Positions 57,009-64,000 of a DNA stretch of 64,000 nucleotides are shown piece after piece. This stretch comes from Eubacteriales bacterium. Lineage in GTDB: Bacteria > Bacillota > Clostridia > Oscillospirales > CAG-382. Location: the NCBI GenBank assembly GCA_045540015.1, contig JAZQGP010000047.1, forward strand, positions 16,869 to 80,868, written 5' to 3'. A model generated the notes under the pieces. That model was given only the letters and a program-made list of their open reading frames with translations. It was not told the DNA's origin and ran no database searches. The stretch's first letter is position 1, and each line of letters opens with the position of its first letter. Both the position numbers and the translations under genes were made by a program.

Positions 57009-57056
57009 ATACAATATATACCATCGTTTTTTGTGCTTAACCACAAAATATAGTAT
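57009..57056. promoter_or_regulatory. pair of candidate NrdR boxes upstream of nrdD
   Basis: ATACAATATATACCAT (57009-57024) matches the NrdR palindrome acaCwAtATaTwGtgt at 12/16 positions. CCACAAAATATAGTAT (57041-57056) matches at 13/16. The starts are 32 bp apart. Confidence 0.5.
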
Positions 57057-57157
57057 TATTTTGAAAAATGTGTCATTTGCCACATACGAATATTTTTTGC
57101 TGTGATACAATTATCAGGCACTGAAAAAATAAGAATGATAAGAGAGAATGAAGACGT

Positions 57158-59332
57158 ATGAAAATCATCAAGAGAAGCGGCGCGGAAGTAACCTTTGACC
57201 GCGACAAAATTGAAAAAGCGGTTGCCAAGGCAAACAATGCCGGAACCGTAAAAGAGCTTTCGGATATTCAGATTGAATGTATTGCAAGAGAAGTTGAGGA
57301 AATGGGCGCTTGTCTTGACAGAGCGCTTTCCGTCGAAGAAATCCAGGAGCTTGTTGAAACACTTATAATGAAGTACGGCGCTTATGAAACAGCAAAGCGC
57401 TACATCCGTTATCGCTATACCAGAAGCCTTGTCCGTACTGCAAACACAACCGACAACCAGATTTTAAGCCTTATCGAATGTAACAATGAGGAAGTAAAGC
57501 AGGAAAACTCAAACAAGAATCCGCAGGTAAACTCGGTTCAGCGCGACTACATGGCAGGAGAAGTAAGCAAGGATATTACAAGACGTATTCTTCTTCCTCC
57601 GGATATTGTAAAAGCGCACGAGGACGGTCTTATCCACTTCCATGATGCCGATTATTTTGCGCAGCATATGCACAACTGCGACCTTGTAAACCTTGAGGAC
57701 ATGCTTCAGAACGGAACCGTTATCAGCGGAACTGCTATTGAAAAGCCTCATTCCTTCCTCACTGCCTGCAACATCGCAACACAGATTATTGCACAGGTTG
57801 CCTCCTGCCAGTACGGCGGACAGAGCATAAGCCTTACGCATCTTGCTCCCTTTGTTGATATAAGCAGAAAGAAGATACGCGAACAGGTTGTAGAAGAGGT
57901 TTCCGACATGGGTGTTGCCGTGTCCGACGAAAAGATTGACGAAATCACAGAAAAGAGACTTCTTTCAGAAATCAGAAGCGGTGTTCAGACAATCCAGTAT
58001 CAGGTTGTAACGCTAATGACTACCAACGGACAGGCTCCCTTTGTAACCGTGTTCATGTACCTCGGCGAAGCTAAAAACGAGCAGGAAAAGCACGACCTTG
58101 CTCTTATTATAGAAGAAACCTTAAAGCAGAGATACAAGGGAGTTAAGAATGAAAAGGGTGTATGGATAACTCCTGCATTCCCTAAACTCATCTATGTTCT
58201 TGAAGAGGATAACATTCATCCCGACAGCCCCTACTATTATCTCACAGAGCTTAGTGCAAAATGTACCGCAAAACGCATGGTTCCCGACTACATTTCCGAG
58301 AAAATCATGCTCCAGAACAAGATTGACAAGAATGGTGATGGTCACTGCTACACCTGTATGGGCTGCCGCAGCTTCCTTACTCCTTACGTTGACGAGTTCG
58401 GAAAGCCAAAGTATTACGGCAGATTCAACCAGGGCGTTGTAACAGTCAACCTCGTTGACATCGGTCTTTCGGCTGAAAAGGATATGACAAAGTTCTGGCA
58501 GATTTTTGATGAAAGAATGGATATGTGCCACAGAGCGCTTCAGTGCCGTCACGAAAGACTTACCGGCACACTTTCCGATGCTGCTCCAATCCTCTGGCAG
58601 CATGGTGCACTTCTCAGACTCAAGAAGGGAGAAAAAATTGACAAGTATCTGCATGGCGGATATTCAACAATTTCTCTCGGCTACGCAGGTCTTTGGGAGT
58701 GTGTATACAGCCTTATAGGAAAGAAGCTCACCGAGCCCGAAGGCGAAAAGTTGGGGCTTGAGATTATGAAGAAGCTCAATGAGTACACAGCTCAGTGGAA
58801 GGCGGAGGAAAATATTGACTACTCACTCTACGGAACTCCTCTTGAATCTACCACATACAAATTTTCAAAGTGTCTCCAAAAGAGATTCGGCATAATAAAG
58901 GGTGTTACCGACAAGAGCTACATCACAAACAGCTATCATGTTCATGTAACAGAGCCTATTGACGCATTTGACAAGCTTGAGCTTGAAGCCAAATTCCAGG
59001 CACTTTCGCCCGGAGGCGCTATAAGCTATGTTGAAGTTCCGAATATGCAAGACAATCTGGAAGCAGTTCTCTCTGTCATGAAGTTTATCTACGACAACAT
59101 TATGTATGCAGAGCTCAACACCAAAAGCGACTACTGCCAGGTATGCGGCTTTGACGGCGAAATACAGGTTGTAAAAGATGAGGACGGAAAGCTCGTATGG
59201 GAATGCCCCAAGTGTAAAAACCGCGACCAGAACAAGCTCAACGTTGCACGCAGAACCTGCGGCTACATCGGAACACAGTTCTGGAACCAGGGACGTACTC
59301 AGGAAATCAAAGAAAGGGTACTTCATCTGTAA
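57158..59332 (+). CDS. nrdD: anaerobic ribonucleoside-triphosphate reductase
   Basis: N-terminal ATP-cone, C-terminal Zn ribbon (CQVCGF...CPKC) and glycyl-radical motif RRTCGYIG. Confidence 0.93.
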   Translation: MKIIKRSGAEVTFDRDKIEKAVAKANNAGTVKELSDIQIECIAREVEEMGACLDRALSVEEIQELVETLIMKYGAYETAKRYIRYRYTRSLVRTANTTDNQILSLIECNNEEVKQENSNKNPQVNSVQRDYMAGEVSKDITRRILLPPDIVKAHEDGLIHFHDADYFAQHMHNCDLVNLEDMLQNGTVISGTAIEKPHSFLTACNIATQIIAQVASCQYGGQSISLTHLAPFVDISRKKIREQVVEEVSDMGVAVSDEKIDEITEKRLLSEIRSGVQTIQYQVVTLMTTNGQAPFVTVFMYLGEAKNEQEKHDLALIIEETLKQRYKGVKNEKGVWITPAFPKLIYVLEEDNIHPDSPYYYLTELSAKCTAKRMVPDYISEKIMLQNKIDKNGDGHCYTCMGCRSFLTPYVDEFGKPKYYGRFNQGVVTVNLVDIGLSAEKDMTKFWQIFDERMDMCHRALQCRHERLTGTLSDAAPILWQHGALLRLKKGEKIDKYLHGGYSTISLGYAGLWECVYSLIGKKLTEPEGEKLGLEIMKKLNEYTAQWKAEENIDYSLYGTPLESTTYKFSKCLQKRFGIIKGVTDKSYITNSYHVHVTEPIDAFDKLELEAKFQALSPGGAISYVEVPNMQDNLEAVLSVMKFIYDNIMYAELNTKSDYCQVCGFDGEIQVVKDEDGKLVWECPKCKNRDQNKLNVARRTCGYIGTQFWNQGRTQEIKERVLHL

Positions 59333-59853
59333 TGAATTATTCAGCAATAAAGAAAAGAGATATTGCAAACGGAGAGGGAGTAAGAGTCTCCCTTTTCGTT
59401 TCGGGTTGCACTCACCACTGCAAAGGGTGCTTCAACAGCGAAACATGGGATTTTAATTCGGGAAAACCTTTTGACAAAGAGGTTGAAGAAGAAATCTTCA
59501 AAGCACTCGAACCCGACTACATTCAAGGACTCTCACTTCTCGGAGGAGAACCCTTTGAAGTGAAAAACCAAAGAGGACTTATCGGATTTCTTCGTGAGTT
59601 CAAAAAGCGATTTCCGAGCAAAGACCTATGGTGCTACACGGGATATACTCTCGAAAAGGATTTGCAAGCCGAAAGCCGTGCAAGGTGCGAAGTAACAGAC
59701 GAGATGCTTTCTTATATCAACATACTTGTTGACGGAAAATTCGTCGAAGAGCTTGCGGATATCACGCTGCTGTTCCGCGGCTCGTCAAATCAGAGGCTTT
59801 TAAAAAATAATGGCGACGGCACTTTTTGCGATATTTCACCTGTTGGAAAATAG
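59332..59853 (+). CDS. nrdG: anaerobic ribonucleotide reductase activating protein (radical SAM)
   Basis: CTHHCKGC (CxxxCxxC) cluster motif. Start overlaps the nrdD stop. Confidence 0.9.
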   Translation: MNYSAIKKRDIANGEGVRVSLFVSGCTHHCKGCFNSETWDFNSGKPFDKEVEEEIFKALEPDYIQGLSLLGGEPFEVKNQRGLIGFLREFKKRFPSKDLWCYTGYTLEKDLQAESRARCEVTDEMLSYINILVDGKFVEELADITLLFRGSSNQRLLKNNGDGTFCDISPVGK

Positions 59854-59871
59854 CACAAAACAGCGCAAAAT

Positions 59872-59901
59872 AAATCCGCGGCAAATGCCGCGGATTTTTA
59901 T
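59872..59901. terminator. bidirectional terminator between nrdG and smpB
   Basis: AAATCCGCGG-6 nt-CCGCGGATTT with T-runs on both strands. Confidence 0.75.
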
Positions 59902-59902
59902 A

Positions 59903-60373
59903 CTATCTGTTTCTGTCTCTGAGTGCTCTTTCGATGTCACGGTTTGCCTGTTTCTTGGCTTCTGCATCACGCTTATCGTAGTTCTTTTTACCTCTGCACA
60001 GCCCAAGCTCTACCTTAACCTTTGATCCCGAAAAATACATTTTCAGCGGCACAAGCGTATAGCCTTCTTTGCCGCAGAGTCCGAACAGCTTCATAATTTC
60101 CTTTTTATGCAACAGAAGCTTTCTTGTTCTCATCGGGTCCTTATTAAAAACATTTCCCTTTTCATACGGGCTTATATGCACGCCGTACATCATCATTTCG
60201 CCCGCATCAACACGGCAAAACGAGTCTTTCATGTTAACAGCACCCTGGCGTATACTTTTGACTTCTGTTCCCGCAAGGGCAATACCTGCCTCGTACGTTT
60301 CGTCGACGAAGTAATCATGATATGCTTTTTTATTCTGTGCGGCGATTTTTACGTTTTCACCTGTCTTTGCCAT
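59903..60373 (-). CDS. smpB: SsrA-binding protein
   Basis: KKAYHDYF...[12 protein letters not shown] signature. Met at 60373 is preceded by GGGAGG. Basic C-terminal tail. Confidence 0.9.
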   Translation of the reverse strand: MAKTGENVKIAAQNKKAYHDYFVDETYEAGIALAGTEVKSIRQGAVNMKDSFCRVDAGEMMMYGVHISPYEKGNVFNKDPMRTRKLLLHKKEIMKLFGLCGKEGYTLVPLKMYFSGSKVKVELGLCRGKKNYDKRDAEAKKQANRDIERALRDRNR

Positions 60374-60418
60374 GTTGCCTCCCATGAAATGCAAAATTCA
60401 AAATGCAGAATGATAAAT

Positions 60419-61603
60419 TTAGTCGCGCAAGTATATGTCGCGTGTATAAATCTTGTCCTTTACGTCCGAAAGCTCGTCGCTGTAGCGGTTTGCAAGTATA
60501 ATATCGGCATCCGTCTTGAATTCATCAAGGTCACGATAAACTCGGCTGTTAAAGAATTTATCCTCTTTAAGCGCAGGCTCGTAAATAATTACTTCAATAC
60601 CTTTTGCTTTTATGCGCTTCATTACGCCCTGAATTGAGCTTTGACGGAAATTGTCTGAGCCTGTTTTCATGGTAAGTCTGTAAACGCCCACCTTTTCAGG
60701 CTTTTTTGCAATAATCTGGTCAGCAATAAAATCTTTTCTAGTGCCATTTGCAGCAACTATTGCCTCGATTAGATTTTCGGGAACGTCCTTATAGTTTGCA
60801 AGAAGCTGCTTTGTGTCTTTCGGCAAACAGTAACCACCATATCCAAATGAAGGATTGTTGTAATGATTACCGATTCTCGGGTCAAGTCCCACACCTTCAA
60901 TTATGCTCTTCGTGTCAAGCCCACGTACTGCTGCGTACGTGTCAAGCTCATTAAAATATGCAACCCTCAGAGCAAGATATGTGTTTGCAAAAAGCTTTAC
61001 AGCCTCTGCCTCGGTGGGATTCATAAATCTTGTTTCAATGTTTTCTTTTATTGCGCCCTCCTGAAGAAGACCTGCAAAGATCTCGGCAGCTTTTTTGAGC
61101 CTTACGTTCTTAACAGGAACACCTACAATTATTCTGCTGGGATAAAGATTGTCATAGAGCGCTTTGCCCTCTCTTAAAAACTCAGGGCTGAAAATAATGT
61201 TATCACAGCAAAAATCCGTTCTTACACTATCGGTATATCCTACAGGCACAGTTGACTTAATTACCATAACCGCATCCGGATTTACCTGTATAACCTCTTT
61301 TATTACATTCTCAACAGAGCTTGTGTCAAAATGATTTTTTGACGGATCATAGTTCGTCGGTGTACAAATCACTACAAAATCCGCATTCTTGTATGCACTT
61401 TGCGCATCTGTTGTAGCTGTAAGGTTAAGTTCCTTTGATGCAAGATATTCTTCAATTTCCTTGTCGGCAATCGGGCTTTTGCGGGAATTTATAAGCTGTG
61501 TTTTTTCTTGGACTATGTCAAGGGCGCAAACCTCATGATGCTGTGACAAAAGCACTGCGATAGAAAGCCCAACATAGCCTGTTCCGGCTACTGCAATTTT
61601 CAT
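60419..61603 (-). CDS. ugd: UDP-glucose 6-dehydrogenase
   Basis: Rossmann N-terminus [14 protein letters not shown] and the catalytic Cys motif GGYCLPKD. Confidence 0.9.
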   Translation of the reverse strand: MKIAVAGTGYVGLSIAVLLSQHHEVCALDIVQEKTQLINSRKSPIADKEIEEYLASKELNLTATTDAQSAYKNADFVVICTPTNYDPSKNHFDTSSVENVIKEVIQVNPDAVMVIKSTVPVGYTDSVRTDFCCDNIIFSPEFLREGKALYDNLYPSRIIVGVPVKNVRLKKAAEIFAGLLQEGAIKENIETRFMNPTEAEAVKLFANTYLALRVAYFNELDTYAAVRGLDTKSIIEGVGLDPRIGNHYNNPSFGYGGYCLPKDTKQLLANYKDVPENLIEAIVAANGTRKDFIADQIIAKKPEKVGVYRLTMKTGSDNFRQSSIQGVMKRIKAKGIEVIIYEPALKEDKFFNSRVYRDLDEFKTDADIILANRYSDELSDVKDKIYTRDIYLRD

Positions 61604-61815
61604 AATTCATTCTCCTTGAAAAAAATAGGCTTTCGTCAAAATGCAGTACCTTCCCCTCGGATGCACCTTGCACATAACGAAACATTAGCTTGCTTTTCTT
61701 TCCTCTGTGACATACGCCTATGACTGAAAGATAAGCTTGCCATTATAAAATATGCAGAGCAACTTTGCAATCACTCTGCACAGCAACATCATTTTAACAC
61801 ACAACAGCAGATTTG

Positions 61816-62988
61816 TCAAATAGTAACACCGTCTGCACTGTTGCAGAAATGAACCGAGAATTTTCCTTCAAGTGCAGGAAACGCCTTTAAATACTCTTTT
61901 GTGACCTTTTCCTTAATACTTTCACGGTACTTCGGGTCGATTATCGCAAGACAACAACCTTTAAAACCTGCTCCGGAAAAACGTCCGCCGTATATGCCAT
62001 CGGTACGTGTCATTATCTCATAAAGCTCTTTAAGCTCAGGGGAACCTGTTTCATAATTGTAAATAGAGCTATGACCGCTTTCGAAGGAAAGATGTCCGTA
62101 TTCATCAAGATCTCCGCGTCTCCACGCCTCTGCGCCCTTTTCAACGCGTTCAAACTCCGTGTACCAGTGCTCTGCACGCTTTGCCCAGTTTGCCGGGAGC
62201 TTTCCTTTATACTGCTCGTATATTTCTCTTGGAACATTTCTCAGATATGCGTCCTCGTATTTTCCGTATTCCATACCCGAAAAGCCCATTAGTGCATATG
62301 CCGCAGACTTACATTCGTCTACACGCATATTGAATTTACTTCCCGCAAGAGTTCTTTCAATCCCCGAAAAGAATACTGCAAATTCATACGGCTTCATATC
62401 GGGGTTTTGAGGAATAAGCTCATAGCTGTCATCCTTTGTGTCAAGGTAAAGAAGATGGTTTTTCTTTGAAAGAACCTCACACGACTGGTCGAGCTTTCCG
62501 CAGGATACACCAACATACTTATTTTCTGCAGCCTTTGCTGTTAAGATTATTTCCTGTTCTGAGAGAGTTATTCCGTTAACCTTACAAAGTGCTTTAAGAA
62601 AAGCGATTGTAACCGCCGCAGACGATGAAAGACCTCCTATCGGCAGGCTTCCTTCGATTACTCCGCAAAAGCCGATCTTGAGTCTGTATTTTTGACCGAG
62701 AATAAGTGCTGCACCTCTGAGATAGTCCGCCCAGTCGTTCTGTTTTTCTTCGGGAACCTGATTAACAACAAACTGTGCACGCTTATCAAACTGGAGCGAT
62801 GTAAGCTCAACAACGCCGTTCTGCTTTGCACCGTATGCAATATGGATTCCCTTATCTATAGCAAAGCCCGTGATTTTACCAAGCTGGTGGTCGCTATGTG
62901 CTCCTATCGGGCAAACTCTGTAAGGACAAAATGCAACATCGGAAGGTTCTCGCTTATACAATTCCAAAAATTTATCTGTACACTTCAT
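61816..62988 (-). CDS. GHMP-family sugar 1-kinase (galactokinase family, galacturonokinase-like N-terminal motif)
   Basis: GHMP ATP motif PIGGLSSSAAV. The N-terminal sugar-binding signature is PYRVCPIGAHSDHQLG rather than the classical GalK GRVNLIGEHTDY. Confidence 0.82.
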   Translation of the reverse strand: MKCTDKFLELYKREPSDVAFCPYRVCPIGAHSDHQLGKITGFAIDKGIHIAYGAKQNGVVELTSLQFDKRAQFVVNQVPEEKQNDWADYLRGAALILGQKYRLKIGFCGVIEGSLPIGGLSSSAAVTIAFLKALCKVNGITLSEQEIILTAKAAENKYVGVSCGKLDQSCEVLSKKNHLLYLDTKDDSYELIPQNPDMKPYEFAVFFSGIERTLAGSKFNMRVDECKSAAYALMGFSGMEYGKYEDAYLRNVPREIYEQYKGKLPANWAKRAEHWYTEFERVEKGAEAWRRGDLDEYGHLSFESGHSSIYNYETGSPELKELYEIMTRTDGIYGGRFSGAGFKGCCLAIIDPKYRESIKEKVTKEYLKAFPALEGKFSVHFCNSADGVTI

Positions 62989-63056
62989 TTATAGATAACT
63001 CCTTTGACATGTATTACTCACGTTTTATTACATCCGCATCCAATTTATCAATCGAA

Positions 63057-63590
63057 TTATTTGCAGAACGTGTCTACATAATGTTCTATTGCCTCTGCAA
63101 TAACCTTTACCGCCGCACTTCTCTCACTGACCTCATCAACAGCAGTAGTCTTATTTTCAAGGTTTTTATAAACAGAGAAGAAATGACGCATTTCATCGAA
63201 AATATGCTTTGGTATCTGGTCTATATTTGTATACTGATTATAGTTCGGGTCTTCAAAAGGTATCGCGATAATTTTTTCATCGTTATGGCCGTTATCAATC
63301 ATAGAGATAACGCCGATAGGATATGCACGCACAAGCGTCAGCGGCTCCAAAGGCTCGGAACACAAAAGAAGCACGTCAAGCGGGTCGCCGTCATCACCGT
63401 AGGTACGCGGAATAAAGCCGTAATTTGCAGGATAGTGTGTTGACGTATGAAGTATTCTGTCAAGCATAATATATCCTGTTTCCTTATCAAGCTCATATTT
63501 TTTCTTACTGCCCTTTGATATTTCAACAACGCATATAAAGTCCTCAGGCTTTATGCGGCTCGGTGTCATATCGTGCCATATATTTGACAT
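63057..63590 (-). CDS. ppa: inorganic pyrophosphatase (family I)
   Basis: EISKGSKKKYE, YPANYGFIP and DGDPLDVL motifs. Confidence 0.92.
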   Translation of the reverse strand: MSNIWHDMTPSRIKPEDFICVVEISKGSKKKYELDKETGYIMLDRILHTSTHYPANYGFIPRTYGDDGDPLDVLLLCSEPLEPLTLVRAYPIGVISMIDNGHNDEKIIAIPFEDPNYNQYTNIDQIPKHIFDEMRHFFSVYKNLENKTTAVDEVSERSAAVKVIAEAIEHYVDTFCK

Positions 63591-63674
63591 GTCTTTTCCT
63601 CCTTAACACTCAAGTGCCATATTTATTGTAACACAGTTCTTTGCATTTGTAAACCTCGGCAAAATATATTTAGC

Positions 63675-63700
63675 CGAAAAAAGCACGCTTCTGCGTGCTT
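63675..63700 (-). terminator. terminator of the Val-Asp-Thr tRNA operon
   Basis: Minus strand: AAGCACGC-AGAA-GCGTGCTT followed by TTTTTC. Confidence 0.7.
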
Positions 63701-63706
63701 TCTTAC

Positions 63707-63782
<76 letters not shown>

Positions 63783-63810
63783 ATAACAAGCACGTCGCCG
63801 TGCTTGTGTT

Positions 63811-63887
63811 TGGCGACTCGAATGGGGCTCGAACCCATGACCTCCAGCGTGACAGGCTGGCGTTCTAACCAGCTGAACTACCGAGCC
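63811..63887 (-). tRNA. tRNA-Asp (GTC)
   Basis: 77 nt. Anticodon loop CTGTCAC, T-loop TTCGAGC, encoded CCA. Confidence 0.9.
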
Positions 63888-63941
63888 GTGGTTAGATAAA
63901 TTGTTTATGCAGAGTACGGCAACTTTCATTGTCGTACTCTG

Positions 63942-64000
63942 TGGTGGGGAGTACAGGGCTCGAACCTATGACCCTCTGCTTGTAAGGCAGATGCTCTCCC
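63942..64000 (-). tRNA. tRNA-Val (TAC), 3' portion (truncated by the window edge)
   Basis: Encoded CCA, T-arm ATAGG-TTCGAGC-CCTGT and anticodon loop CTTACAA are visible. The 5' part lies outside the window. Confidence 0.8.

Overview
This 64-kb window looks like chromosomal DNA from an anaerobic, spore-forming Firmicute. The class (Clostridia, Oscillospiraceae/Ruminococcaceae-like) is inferred from gene content only: gpr-spoIIP, nrdDG, SLH proteins, DUF421/DUF4363. Coding density is high, with about 53 protein genes, tmRNA and two tRNA clusters (His-Arg-Gly; Val-Asp-Thr). The housekeeping backbone is: ilvA-ridA-leuA-ilvBN operon, ssrA, rpsT, guaB, a WalRK-like two-component system, rnhB-yraN, thrC, three tandem M42 peptidases, recD2, a GH2 glycosidase, ruvC, holB-ricT, truB, glyA, maf, nrdDG, smpB, ugd, a GHMP sugar kinase and ppa. 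The accessory content is three large secreted or cell-surface proteins of 1403, 1535 and 580 aa. I found no CRISPR array, transposase, integrase, phage module or recognisable defence operon. The regions most worth a second look are mostly non-coding. (1) A ~7.2-kb integrase-less islet at the 3' end of ssrA is bounded by a 13-nt direct repeat and carries a lipoprotein, the 1403-aa protein and a membrane LuxR regulator. (2) An ornate leader with promoter, nested helices and a UUCG terminator precedes the islet lipoprotein gene. (3) A modular palindromic intergenic repeat family occurs in three copies; two fill ~600-nt gene-free gaps and one splits the response-regulator/kinase pair. (4) A purine-rich ~450-nt orphan transcription unit has its own promoter and tandem terminators. 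(5) A 41-codon leader-peptide-like ORF lies behind the 580-aa secreted protein. All functional calls come from motif recognition by eye; no database search was run.
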